Notes: generated by a model from the sequence alone, not told the origin. Shown: positions 24,594 through 38,176, counted from the first letter of the stretch. The stretch: DNA of 64,000 nt from Oculina patagonica (GCF_052425735.1 NC_135771.1:3720001-3784000), one strand, 5' to 3'. Made by a program: numbers and translations.

Positions 24594-25557
24594 GACCAGT
24601 GGCAGTAATCCACGAAGGCGCAATTACACAACAGAACTGTAATCTTCACACTAGTCTCAAAATTGGACAGCTTATTAATTTACGCTGTTTCCGTTTTGTG
24701 TACCAATTTTCTACTTCTTTCGTCTTTAAATCGAGACTCTTGCAACGAAACGCTTTAGGACATGCGCGTGGACCAAAACGTGGAGCGCCAACCACGCGCG
24801 AAGTTTCTTCCCCAAGGGCGTGTATCTCACGCAACACGTTCACTTCGTGCAAAACCACGTGTCAGAGTTAAACATTTTATCATATGTAGCAAAAGAGCCA
24901 TTAGTTATTTGTTTTCAACCTTAGCCATTTTGTTTAGGTTTACTTTAGTGTAATTGCGTTTACACTGATATAAACACTGCGCGCATTTAACTATGTAAGG
25001 GAATTTACACGAATTTATAACTTGGGGGGTGGGGGTAGGTGTTTCAGTAACCGGAAGAAGCGGACAGTTCACAGTGAACGTTTGAAGTATGGTTAGATCC
25101 ATCTTTACGATACAGCAATTGTAACGATGCTGGCTTTAACAACCGTAAACTTCCGTTTTCTGATCCAATCGCTACTTTCATGGCCTCGCTACTTTCGGGT
25201 GGCGAAAGCTTATAGCACGTGTACTGCCGTTGTAATCTCGTTTCAAGATCTTTTGTAGACGGAGCGGACGAGAGCCGTCTACGAGCAATCTGGGAACGGG
25301 ATTACGATTGATGTTTAATAATCAGAATAAAATGTTTGAATATATACAGAACATATATGAAGCGGAAGTGGTTATTTATATCTTATTAACCAAGAGCGAG
25401 GGCAGAAGAGGGCATATCCTAAAGCGAGAATAACATTTGGCCTTGGTCTTGATGGTGCCAATGCAGTCAGATCCGCACAGAAAAGAATGACCGAGGGCCA
25501 ATAATCTCTCAGGTTGGCCCCAAAAATCATGGTTAATACCCGAATTTGCGATGAACC

Positions 25558-25835
25558 AATGATAAGATAAGATAAGATAAGAACTTTAATAGTAATCTCC
25601 CCATAGGGCTTTTCAGAAACTATTTACAATAAAAAATAAATCTACTTAACACTAATATTTACAAATAAAATTGAAACTAAATAAAATAATGATTAAAAGT
25701 TTAAAAGAAGATGATCCCTAAGCTTTGATTTAAAGGAGTGCAGAGAGTTAGCGTTTTTGATTTTTATATCAAGGCTGTTCCATAGGTTAACGGCTCTGTA
25801 TGTAAATGTTCTTTGGCCTGCTGCGGTCCTGAATG
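25558..25835 (-). mobile_element. CR1/L2-type LINE 3' fragment
   Basis: Minus-strand RTAAGQRTFTYRAVNLWNSL..SLHSFKSKL end of ORF2 and a (ttatc)n tail. Confidence 0.7.
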
Positions 25836-28380
25836 AGAGGAGGTGAAGAAACGTTACCCGTTTCAATGATTACAGAAACGGGAACACAAGGCTGATACAT
25901 CTATTGTACATCTATTATGGCAAGATCAGTGTTTATCAGCCATTTAGGTCCTGTATAAAAATCATAATAGAAAGCATCGAGCCAGCTTTAAAAGTCCTTA
26001 TCGATTGTCCCTGGCAACGAAGACTCTTTCAAGCTTCCGATCGTTAAATTAAATTCAAATTTTACATTTCAAAGGTAAATATTAGGATGGCTCTTGTCAA
26101 TTTTTTTTATTTGTTCATGTTTGCGTGACTCGAGTGACTGGTGATTGCGCTGTCATGGAGAAACGGTCGTTTAAAATTCTTTTCTCGTCTCTGTGAAAAA
26201 AAAAAAAAAAACCACTCTATCTTGCTAATAGTATTTTTTAAAAGTTTATATCCTCCATTTAATACCGAATGACATTTGTAAAGGGGAAATTTTGTCCCCG
26301 TTAGTCTAAAGTTTTGAAGTAAGAATTAAATTTCAATTGTAAACAAAGTCGCCAACAAGTTCAAAAGACACGTTTTAATCAACATCCTTAAAGAAGTCAC
26401 GCATCAGTTTTCTGATTAGTTTTATCTCAGATCACCACAATCTGTTGTGCCGCGATCAGCTGTGATTTAATCATCCAAACAAGGTAAGAGCTATTAGAGG
26501 GTTTAAACCACGTTTTATGGCAAACAACAGTTGGTCGACTTGCTCTCCACTCTGCGGAATGTTTCTTAATCCAGGAGACAATTAGCAAAATTCACATGCT
26601 TGTTTATGAACTGAACATGCGCAAAACCACTTCTCTTTAGGTAGATATAGCAGACTGCAAACACGGTTTATTTTTTAGTTCGTGGTTTCGATCGTGGTTA
26701 AAACTACAGAGCATAATTTAAAAAGAAATCACGAATCGAAGAGGAAACTGACGCTCAATTTTTGCTAAATATTACAGCTCAATCAGACGGTGTTTGTTTT
26801 TCCCTTGGAGTTTTCTAGTCGACTCGTTGCCGTGTTTTACGGAAACTAAAGTTGTACCTGATTTTGTTTATTGGACAAACGTGGCAAAGTAAAAAAGGTT
26901 TTGGTGAAAATCGAGATAGAAGTTGCGACAATAAAAAATTCGCTGTTATTATTAACTGTTTTAGTGGTTCGTTTTCTGAAGTCGGCCTGTCGTTTCAATA
27001 TGATAAGAAAGTGACATGCAACTGCTTCTTTGAACAAGCTTTAAAATTAATTCTATAAAATTTTTAATACATTTAACCTTCTTGGCAGTTTTCGCGATTA
27101 GTCTTGCCGGAGCTGGGGTTGCGCCTAGCCAAAAAATTCGGATTCAGGTACCACTTGTGAAATAACGAACTGCGAGGCTACAGTTTCTTTTCAAGAGAAA
27201 CAGCGTTTCGTTTCGTATCTAAAAGTTCCTCTCATCACATAGACTTGCCTACAAGCCGAGCTCACAGAGCGCGAAGCGCAAAAGTGAAGGCGAAGCGCGA
27301 AAGCGAGCTCGAAGCGCGAGCAACGAAAACGAGAAACCAGAAGCGAACGACTTTTAGAAAGTCTACTCATCACATAAAGCGCAATGCCTCTTTCCTTTTT
27401 TTCGCTGATGTTCTTATTCATAAGGTCCGCGGTCTGTATTGAAGGTAACTGTGACAATAAAAAAATGGAATTGCGAGATAGCTGAGCCAACTTTAGGCCA
27501 ACTGATCAGAGCTCGTGTTAAGAGAAAGAACGGGAGAAAGAATGACAAGTATTCTCCAGTAGGCCAAGTAGAAGGTCGGAAGAGAAGGCTACATAGGAAA
27601 AAAAAAGTCGCTACCGTGAAGGCACACCAACTGTCAAGAAAATGTCTTGAAGCTGGTAGTCTTTCATTCTTGCCTGCAGCAAAGGGAATTTTAAAAAATG
27701 ATTATCGTTTTTATTTTCCGTACAAATTAAAAGTTTTGATTCCGTGGTGATAACTATTAAGTAACCTAAGCATCACAGAAATCCGTTTCATTCTTTATTG
27801 GCAGCTTTCCTTGCACTTCACTTTACTTGAATAAAGGACGTCTCAGACGTTCGAGGGAGTAGAGACATTGTGCATGATTTTCAGGGAAAAGAACAACTAA
27901 TAAACAGCTATACGATGATAAGAAAGAAAAAAATAATTCTTTCAGGGCAGGGAACAAGGGAAATAAGGGCTCTATTTTCAGGCAGCAGAAGAACAAAGCT
28001 AGGGATTTATTTTATTTTCAGGGAACAAGGAAGAAGAGAACAAAGGGCTTTATTTTCATGCTGAATGTGGGAAAAAGAATTTATACTTTCAGGGAACAGA
28101 ACAGGAGAATAAAGGGTGTAACATTTTAGGGAAAAGGAGAACTTAGGACTTTGGTTTTATGACAAAGAAACAATTTTGATTTGCGAAGCTTCAATAGTAA
28201 ATTAGAAAACCTGTTTTAACAAAAAATACTTCTGAAGAAAATGAGAACATTAGAGACTTTTTCGAGAGATAACCTAAAAGGTCTGATTAGCACCCATTGT
28301 GATGTACAACTGATTTCTAACATTGTTATCATATCACAGTTTCAGTTACACTACATTATAAGTTCAAGTCACAAGGAAAG

Positions 28381-30857
28381 ATGTTGCGTTTGTTGGCTTT
28401 TTGTCTCCTTTATGCAGTGCTATTTGGCAACACAGGTAAGCCTTGACGTATTTCAAATGTTATGTTCCTTTCCCAGTGCGACAGTCCTGAATTGTGCATT
28501 TTAAAGAGAAAAAGATAAACTAAAACAAAACGAAGAAAACGCCGTATGTGTACTTTCTATCCGTGTAGCTTTAGAGGAGAGACGTCACGGACAGCCCATC
28601 TTGAAAAAACTGGCAGGTTTTTTTTTTTCAAATTTGTCGTTCGTAATCTGTCTTAATCTTCGTCAGTCGAAACCATGCTTGGTTATTTTCGCGGTTTTTT
28701 ACTCTTTTTTACATTACACAACTATTATTCTAAGGTATTCTTCACTTTGGAAGTATTACGAAAAATAACAAAAAATCGTGATACTGCTTCTTTAAATCGC
28801 TCTTTCTAGGCGAACGACTCTGGTATTACAATACCTTATTGATAACACATTAAAAATTCTCTTCTGACAGCTTAGCTTCCTTAAAAAGGCAAAAGAATAC
28901 CCCAGGAAAAAAAGAGGTGAAATCTTGACTGAAATGACGTGAGGACCGTGAACATTCTTATTGAATGAATGGATTACGAATTTCTTCAGCTTGAGACCGC
29001 TCAGTAACGTTTCTTCAATGGTCAAATGTCCAATCTGGCGGGCGAAGTTTCGCGTCAAATTCCACACTATAAGAAGCGAGCCTCAGGCCACTGTCCGGGG
29101 AAGATGGGTGCTCTCAAGAGAATTTATGTTTTGAGTGAAGGCACCATTCTGGCAATTCTCCTTCTCGGTCAGAGCAAAGGAAAATAGGGATAAATGTCAC
29201 ACACTGATTCCGTTTTGCAGATTTCTGATTTCTTGCTCCTTATAACGCCAGAAGCCCACTGATATCGCTTGATTTATCTTACATTCTCTTTGTATTTTCA
29301 GAGGGATATTTTCGCCGAGTTTGTGAAAATCAGGCAATGTCAATAAACTGTGGTTCAATGGTTATCAACATTGTGAGCGCATCGTATGGACGCACTCAGC
29401 ATGGCGTGTGTGGAAATGGAGGAAGCACGTACTGCCATGCTGGAGTTTCATGGAGAATAGCCAGGCAAGAGTGCCAAGGACAGCCAAAGTGTACCCTCCA
29501 TGCTAAAAATTCAGTCTTTGGAGACCCGTGTCATGGCACTGTTAAATATCTTGAGGTGAGCTCGAAATCCCATTGGTTCACACTCCCAACTTGATCATTT
29601 GCAGGTGTAGGCAAAAAGAAATATATATTAAAACTGCTGTACACAGACTGAAAATTTCTGTTTCTCCAGGGAAATAAACGCAAGATCGTTTCGATAATAA
29701 GCCATGCAAGAGCTACAACGTCTTCCTATTATATTCTTATTAGCTTAAAATGCATAATACTGCCTCTCTTTACTTATCCTAACAGCTATTTTTCAAATTA
29801 AAAATGCTGTCAAAATTTTTTGGTTGTGGATCATTTTGTGATGATTTAACAATTTGCTGAGACGAATGCAAGCACCAACATTGACGCGTGATTCAGGTTT
29901 TTTGTGCGAATAATTTTTTAGCGCGAAAATGGCTTGGAGGTTGCTCGGGCATTTTAACCAATAAAACAGATCAGAAGAAGTAGAATACTGTAACCAAAGC
30001 AAAACTAAAGCAAACAGAGATGAAAATTAAAAAACGATCTATTATACACAAAATTATAAAACTGAGATATTGCCACATTGCCATTAAACAGGTAACGTAC
30101 AAGTGTGTGCACAAGACAACACTTTGTGGCGAAGGCTTGCTGCTAAGGGTTTGCGAGAATCATTCACATGCAATCCATTGTCACACGGGGACAATCAACA
30201 TCATATCGGCGAACTACGGTCGTTTGGATGGTGGACATATCTGTCCAGGCGCGATTTATACCACAAACTGTGGAGCTGCGTGGTCGTTCAGTAAAGTCAA
30301 AAACGATTGCCAAGGAAAGCGGCACTGCTATTTGCAGGCAACAAACAGCCGTTTTGGTGATCCTTGTTGGGGTACACTGAAGTATCTGGAGGTAAGGATC
30401 ATTTAGTACAACGTTTCTGTAAATTATTTTTTATTTCCATTTACCAGCAACTCCATAAAATCGTATAATACAGAGATTTAAGTAAGCGTAAGCATTATAT
30501 TCCTAGCCTAAACTTGAAATGGTTATTCTCCAATGCCAATTGTTATACATTTTGTTTTATACTTATTTGTGAGAATTTGATCCTTTTTCTGGTACTAAGA
30601 TCGACTTCCATTTTCGTTCAAAATGTAAGTGCCCCCCTTTCAACCATAGAGAATCCTTCATTTTCAAGGAAATAATTGGTAAACGGCAATTCCGAGATTG
30701 CACTTATGTGTCATGTAAGCCAAAACGAAATATCCTAGGGAAGATAGCGGCATTAAAAAGAAGGAGCGTTTGCGCCCCTCATTCTTGTTGAGAATTTATA
30801 TAAAACTAATTTCCCAATTTGTTTCATTTACAACAGGTTAGATACAAATGTGAGTGA
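28381..30857 (+). CDS. Secreted rhamnose-binding lectin (2x SUEL/Gal_Lectin CRD), RBL-1
   Basis: Exons 28381-28435 (signal peptide MLRLLAFCLLYAVLFGNT), 29302-29555, 30092-30391, 30837-30857 (VRYKCE*). Motifs VCE, SYGR/ANYGR, FGDPCxGTxKYLE; 8 Cys per CRD. Confidence 0.9.
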
Positions 30858-32611
30858 CACAACATGGCCAGCAGTGCGTCAAAAAACAAGAAGTTTATTA
30901 AAAAAATGATATTTTTTGTAGTGTTTCCTTGAAGAGATCATTAAACTTCTTATTGACGCTGGTTATTGTCTCTGTTTTCTATTAGCATTTGCTTCAGTTC
31001 TAAAGTTGCTTACTTTCCAATTACCTATCCCAATCCGCAGAGCTAGACGCGCAAATGTTGGTGAGAAGGAAATATAAAGCGCTCGGCCAGCGTCATAGCA
31101 TAGAAAAATTCTCCCAGTAGAATTTCGAAACTGCGGTTTTTCGGTTTTGGTTTCTTATGCGGTCTGTGGGTTTTCCTTCTTTTGGCAATTGGTTTTCGGT
31201 TTTCGGCAAAAATAAAAGCGGTTTTTCGGTTTTAATATTCGAGGTGGTTTACGGTTAATCCCATTTGGTTTCATGTTCAAAATACAAGTTTGAGTTGTAT
31301 GATTTAGCTTGTAAATGAACAGAAATGTTAAAAATATATAAAAAACAACTTTTTTAAAAAAAATCTTCAGGTGTCAATAGGGTAAGGTTAGGGTTTTTGA
31401 AATTTGAATTTTTTGTGTGCAGTTTTCGGTTTTGGTCGAAATTTACTGCGATTTTTGATGATTTTTTGTTCGGTTTTGCGGTTTCTAATAGGACCCAATT
31501 GCCCCCCCCCCCCCCCCCCCCCTTATTAAGTTTAAATTTGCAGACTGTAGAGAAGATAATTCATTTTGAAGTTAGTTAATTAAAGTTAATCAATTTTGGG
31601 CCAACTGATCGGAGCTCATGAAGAGAAAGAACTGACAGGAGAAAGAAGGACAAGTATATATTCTACAAGAAGAGGCAGGGCTCCATAGAACATGAAAATG
31701 AAATGGAAAACTGAGTCGCTAAAGCAGACCAACTGTCAAGAAGCGTCTTGAAGCTGATATTCTTTCGTTTCTGCTTGGAATAACTTCAAACTATCGCAAC
31801 TTAAAATAAGGAGAAAAATAATTTTTTAAAAAAATGACTACCAATAACATGTTTGACGACGTTGCGATATGACCGTGTTTCAGTCTTTATGAGTCGCTTT
31901 TTTAGCTTGTGCTTCACTCTTCGTAAATATAGGACTTCCGAGGGGTTTCGGGGAGAAGCGATATTGTGCATGGTTTTCACTAGGGGCAACTGAGGAACTA
32001 ATAAATAAACAGCTCTACTTTCAAGAAACAGGAGAAAATACTTCTTTCAGGGCAGAGAAATAAGGGAAATGTCGGTTTTATTTTCAGGTATTTTCTTCAG
32101 AGAATAGAGGAATTTATTTTCAAATAAAAAGGGAAACTAATATATTCATTTTCAAGTAACAGGGGGACTCCGGTGTCATTTTTAAGGAGTAGAGGAACAA
32201 AAGGCTATATTCTGAGGTATCTGAGAAACAAAGGGCTTTATTTTCAGTCAAAACATGAAAACAAAAGTTTCTTCTTTCAGGGAACAGGACAAATAAATGA
32301 ACGGCTTTGAATTTTCTGGAAAAGAAGAATTCGGGACTTTGGCTTTAAACATTTTAAAAAAATGCAACACTTTAAATTTGGAAAACATGTTTCGGATACA
32401 CCTTATTATCATTTAGTTTCAAGATATTTGCAAGTTGTGATAAATATATATAAGACAAAGGATAGAAAAAATTGCAATCATTAAACAATGTAGCTAATTA
32501 CAAACAATACCTGATTACAAACAGGTATGTGAAGAATATTGAATAATACTTGAGGGGATACAAAATAATGATTGAACAATAAGGCTAATTACAAACACTT
32601 TTCTGAAGCAT

Positions 32612-34495
32612 ATTTAACAATTATTCGCCGAAGGCGAAGTGATTATTGTTGAATAATCCCCGAGACGAAGTCGCTGGGTGCCAGAGGTTTTTCTTGCGCG
32701 GTTTCCGGTGTCAGTCATGTCTCTATTGTGACCCACGCGAAAAACCTCTGGAACAGTGCGCTATTCCTTTGATAGCGCCGAGCCAATGACAAGCCTGTTT
32801 ATATCAGTTTAGTCCAGAATCTGGACTAGAAAGCTGATTGGCTTCTTATGGCCTCCCATGGCTCTTCTAATCTAACCAACGCTGTGATTGGTGTATAAAT
32901 ATAGCGAACACTGCGTAAAAGACGCCTGCGCCTGTGAAATGTCTTTCACAAGTTCGTAGTAAATGCCGCCGAAATGGGGGATTCCGTAGATGTAGAGATT
33001 GCGAAAACTTTCGACAAAGATTTGGAGGAAGCTGCTTCGTGCTACCCGCAAAATAAACCGCCTGTTCTGCAAGCTAATGGTGTTGATAATCTAAGCGCCG
33101 AGCAACTGAATGGAATTTCAAAAATTTATTCGCCGAAAGGATGTTTTGGCGGTCTAGTCTCCTCGCCAGGGCGCCGGTTCGTGAACTCTGTCGACGATCC
33201 AAGAGACTTTTTGATTATTTTACCTGGCGAGCTGGAACAACGCTTTGAACGCGTGTTCTCATCTTAAGCTTTTGCTTTCCAACCGGCAAGATTCTCTTTG
33301 TAACACTCCTTTAAAGTTGCCATTTCTTTTGCTGTAGCTTCGAATTTTTCGATTCGCCGGTACCGGTAGCACTTCTTGCAAAGGAAACGCAGGTCTATAG
33401 ACAGATTGTGCATTTTCCGAAACAAGGCTGTAATACCCGCCATTGCACACAACACAAGCTTCACATAACCGACATGACAACGAAGACTATGAATTAACCT
33501 TTTTCACGGGAGTTGTTTTTAAACTCCCGCGAACGCCATCAACAGATACCGCCACTTGACACCTCGTAATATCTTCACGTGCCAGTGCATGTGATTACAA
33601 TGGGAGATGTTCACTGTGATTGGTTTAATTGTAATACGAGAAAAAGATCAAAGTTCAACGAGAACGGTAAATCAAACCACTCTGCGCCAGAGGTTTTTTC
33701 TCGCGGCTTCGCCACTCGTGGCGACGGCCTTCGGCCATCGGCGCGGCCTTCGGCCGCTGAAGTATCCACCGCGCGCGAGAAAAATCCTCTGGTACCCAGG
33801 GTAAAGTCGAGGGGATTATTCAACAATAATCACTGAGCCTGAGGCGAATAATTGTTTTAGTATAATTTTCAGAGGTGAATATCAAAAACTGCAAAATAAC
33901 AAGCGAAAACACGAAAGCAACAAACAGAAGTGCTCGCTTGCACACGTGTAAACCAGTTTAATTCATCGATTGAAATCATAATTTACACTCAAGTTTTAGC
34001 AATAAAACGGAACAAAACAGACACTACGAAAAAGATAGATATCCGGTACCTTTGTTTAATCGTTGGTGACTTCTGAGCAATTGTGGGAATCCTCTCGAAA
34101 TTACTAGCTCCAGTGAGAAGAGAAATAATGTTTTGACTGAGTCGATCTGACTGAGTACATGGCCGTTGCGATCTTCAAAACCACCATGTTTACGATCAAT
34201 TCTAATGCCTTGAAAACCATCTCTTGAAAAAATTTTCGGTCCAAAAGCATTGGTAGTAAATTTGCAAAATTCCCAAAGTTTCAAATATCCAGGATTTGGA
34301 GTGATTTCTTTTAAATGAGAGAAATTTTCATTCAGCAAATGCCGCCATGTTCACTGGCCTGGATGGCAAACGTGGCATGGCTTAGTAGCCAAACCTTCAG
34401 ATGCAATATTCACCGCCTAGCGCGGTGAATATTGCGACATAGTCCGAGCTTCTCGACCAATCAGAATTGAATTCACCTCTGGAAATTATACTAAT
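32612..34495. mobile_element. Non-autonomous element with a terminal hairpin and asymmetric inverted repeat, interrupted by an Academ-like insertion
   Basis: Hairpin aacaattattcgcc..gtgattattgttgaataatcccc / ggggattattcaacaataatcac..ggcgaataattgtt; IR tagtataattttcagaggtgaat (~33858) vs attcacctctggaaattatacta (~34471). Confidence 0.6.
32673..33803. mobile_element. Internally deleted Academ-like (helicase-type) transposon
   Basis: TIR ctgggtgccagaggttttt / aaaaatcctctggtacccagggta; AAGTC duplicated at the ends; convergent ORF stubs: + strand LSAEQLNGISK-(fs)-FIRRKDVLAV (RecQ-like start), - strand MSCRLC..LCKKC (Cys-pair Zn-finger start). Confidence 0.55.
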
Positions 34496-34654
34496 ACATA
34501 ATACTTTATGGGATACAAAAGAAATTGAATAATGTAGTTAATTACAAACAGATATGTGAAGCATATTACACAAGATTACAAAATACTAAAGGGGATACAA
34601 AATAATGATTGAGCAATGAGGCTAATTAAAAACAGTTTTCTGAAGCATATTACA

Positions 34655-35716
34655 TTATAGATTACTTCATAGAAAGTGCGACGTACGGATTTTTATTCAC
34701 GAGTTGCAAAACTTTGGAAAAACGAACGAGTGAGCGAAGCGAACGAGTGAGTTTTCCAAAGTTTTGCAACGAGTGAATAAAAATCCGTACGTCGCACTTT
34801 CTATGCTGTAATTTGTTTATTATATATATAACGAGAATTCAACCATTGTAAACTTGACGCGATTTTTCTCGTAAATTAATTCATAAACCTTTGACATATT
34901 ACAGTTTGACCGTAGAGGGAGGAAAAACAGAGCAGCAAAATGCACATTGCTTTTCAAGCGAAATCACTTTTAAAAATTCGAAAAACTACTGCCAACAAAA
35001 TCTCCTGAAAAAAACTTTATTTAATTAAACACATTGCGTTAATTTTTGAAAGCAAAACTTTTGATATCGCATCGAGCAAGCGTCGCTACAAGCGAATTGA
35101 CTAAACACGCAGGCGAATTTTAAACAAAATTGTGATAACACAAGGAGTTGGTTAATTAAGCAATAATACCGACGTAAATCCATATTCAGAAATACAATCT
35201 ACTTTACCATGGTGTTCCCAAGAGTGCTTGAATATTCTTAGAAAGTCTGCGGATGCGTTGCAATTTGGAATAAATTCTTGTCCGCCGGCTTCGCTTTCAT
35301 TTATCGAAACTTCGCTTGTTTTCGCCTTTGAAGAATGATTTTTATCGTTATCATCTCATTACTGTATCCTTTCCGTTTTGCTTAGCGAGTTCCTGTTTGC
35401 TTGCCTTTCCATAAAGTTCTCCAAAGACCCAGGTTTAATTTAACGAATCGTGTAGCCATGTTTTCCAAGCATAAACTGCCGTCGGGAGCAAACTTGCCGC
35501 TCGCTGTTCAACCTTTTTGGAAACCATTTGAGTTCGCGCGCTCTGATTGGTTGGGTCGTTCCACACTAGATGCTGATTGGTTATATTTTTCACATGTGAA
35601 GAAAGCTATACGCGAAGCTGATTGGACGTATCGCTTTTCTCACATGTGAAAATATAGAATATAGAAATCTATTTGCAAGGTTTATTGCCCAAAATTCTCG
35701 CTATATATGTAATAAA
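34655..35716 (-). mobile_element. Crypton-like non-autonomous element with a ~140-bp terminal hairpin
   Basis: Hairpin ~34667-34805; IR tttattatatatataacgagaatt (~34815) vs aattctcgctatatatgtaataaa (~35693); minus-strand remnant MATRFVK-(fs)-SLENFMERQANRNSLSKTE. Confidence 0.5.
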
Positions 35717-35929
35717 ATACTCTATGGGATACCAAAAAAAAAATGAATACAGATATGTGAAAAATACACAGTTATAGACAATAATTGCATGTCGAAGTTT
35801 CCTTCGAGCCACCTCATGGTATCTGTTTATTATTCTATGAACCTTTGTATGTTTGACCACCTCTTTTAGTTCTTTGGCTAGAGAGGCACGGCACCGCACA
35901 GTAAATCAAAGTGGCTACGAGCCACTAAA

Positions 35930-36291
35930 CTCGGAAAATAAATTAGGAAACAAAGAGGAAACTTTTACAAAGATTTGCCACACTGCAGTTAAATCCACTC
36001 TCGACACATAACACCCAAAACATTTGAGGTTTTTAAAAATTGTTGATGAGAGCACTCGGAAAATAAATTAGGAAACAAAGAGGAAACTTTTACAAAGATT
36101 TGCCACACTGCAGTTAAATCCACTCTCGACACATAACACCCAAAACATTTGAGGTTTTTAAAAATTGTTGATGAGAGGCTGAGCACTCGGAAAATAAATA
36201 AGGAGACAAAGAGGAAACGTTTACAAAGATTTGCCACACTGCAGTTAAATCCACTCTCGACACATAACACCCAAAACATATCAGGTTTTTA
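35930..36291 (+). repeat. Tandem repeat, ~116-bp unit x ~3
   Basis: ctcggaaaataaattaggaaacaaagaggaaacttttacaaagatttgccacactgcagttaaatccactctcgacacataacacccaaaacat.. repeated. Confidence 0.9.
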
Positions 36292-38087
36292 AAGGTAAAA
36301 GCCTGTTCCGGCAAGTTTGTGGCCAAATATGGAACTTTTTTTTATTATAACGAACACAGAAATGCTTTGTTAACACTTTCGCTTTTATCCCGCTATAATT
36401 TATCACGCGCAATGCGTGACGTGTCAAATGTCACGTTGAATTGTTTGGTCGTCTGAGACGCAGCAAGTTGCGTTCGGGCAACAAGTTTTTAGGAAAATTA
36501 AAGGCCCGGTTGCCCGAGAAAAAACTGCCGGACAATCCAGGAGAAAATTGAAGTGTAAGAAATTAATTTTATAAATTTGAGAAACGAAAAAAAAAAAACT
36601 CCAAATAGCCCTCTTCTGATCGATGAATTGAAATCCACGACACTAAATCCATTTTCGTGTTGTCTTATAACCCAGACCTAACTTAATTACGCATGCAAAT
36701 TTGTATGCCTTCGAAATTTTCGATATCTGGAAGCTTTGGAATGCATTTCTTGCTTCTTCTTGAATGAAATTAAATTCTAAGCAAAGTTTAATTCAAGTTT
36801 CTTTCATATTTCAATCTTAAGTTCGGGAATATTGACTTTTTTAAGTGAAGAGATTTACGCATCTGTCTGGGAATTATTTGTTTATTTATAGCTGCCCGAG
36901 AAAAAACCGCCGGACAATCCAGGAAAAAATTGAAGTGTAGGACATTAATTTCATAAATTTGAGAAACTAAAAAACCTCCAAATAGCCCTCTTCTGATCGA
37001 TGAAATCCACGACACCAAATCTGTTTGTGACATTTTTCGAACAGCTTTTAGCGAATTACGAAATATCAAAAGCGCATTTAATTTAAAAATCATACGTCCT
37101 GTGAGTTTTTTACAAACTTCAAAATCCAATATAGTAGAAGGTGGGTGGCTTACTTTTTTGGCCCAGACCATGAAGCGTTCATTCCGAATAGTTCGTGTAG
37201 TGCAGACTGTAGTGCATTCTTGCTCCGCCTGATCGATACCTCGTCGTCCAAACACATCTTGATGGCCGTGATAAATACATCGCCACTTTTAAGACTTTAA
37301 AACCCATTTGTTCACTTGAGCATTCTTGAGCACATTTTCTGATCGTTTGTGAGGTCTTCAAAAGTGTATTTTGAACAAAGGTGTAGCGAAAGGAACAAAA
37401 TTTTAGCGTCGGACTCCACACGACAGACGCCATTTCAGCTCCTGTTGTAAACATGTACTGCCGCCTTTGTTCCAACCCTCTCCCCCACATATGTCAACAA
37501 GAGACAATGGCCCGACTTTGTGGACAAATCAAAACCTAGCAGGGGAGACAGGGGTAAACATGTTTAATTCACTTTTAATGCGGATTTAATGCATAACATT
37601 AATTGTTTAACGGGAATGGAGTGACATACAAACCCCCACTATACCTCATGATACCATGAGGTAAAAACCAAACAATGATATTGCGAAAAAAAGGAGTGAT
37701 GAAAAAATAAATTTGAGTAAGAGTCTTTAACATGTTTGTCAATGTGGAGGGCTTCTTTAATTTAAACTGAGTCCAGAATGGAAAGACAAGCCCGGTCAAA
37801 AAAAATAACAATCAATACAAAAACACTTACAATATTTTCTCTCGCATACCAATACAGAACAATATGCCGAGTGGTCTTACCGACATGACAGGATGACAAC
37901 CTGCAAATGTAAATTTTTACACTACACGAGAACGCAAACTTGTAAGATGTGTAAACAATGCTAATTATCCGTGTATGATATGAGACGGGAAACAAATTTC
38001 ATCAAGTTGGAAGTTAATTGTTTGACTAGTGTGCGAATGGCACAAAAGAGTAGGACGTGAAACTGAAAACAATAAGTGAGTTATCCC

Positions 38088-38176
38088 GTATATATATAAG
38101 CCTTGCATCAAAACTGATGTTACAGAAAGTTTAGGGTGACTCTACGTTGTCGATCAGGACATCTAAAAAGGTAAGC
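38088..38176 (+). promoter_or_regulatory. Putative TATA box and non-coding first exon of RBL-2
   Basis: tatatataag followed ~70 nt later by aaag|gtaagc; acceptor atcacag just upstream of the ATG at 38844. Confidence 0.4.

Noticed and set aside
35930-36326. Repetitive ORFs (96 and 70 aa) or CRISPR
   Set aside because: Translations of a 116-bp tandem repeat; no spacers.
36788-37490. 155-aa and 103-aa minus-strand ORFs
   Set aside because: No recognisable motif; overlap a local ~140-bp duplication; possibly a transposon remnant but not supportable.
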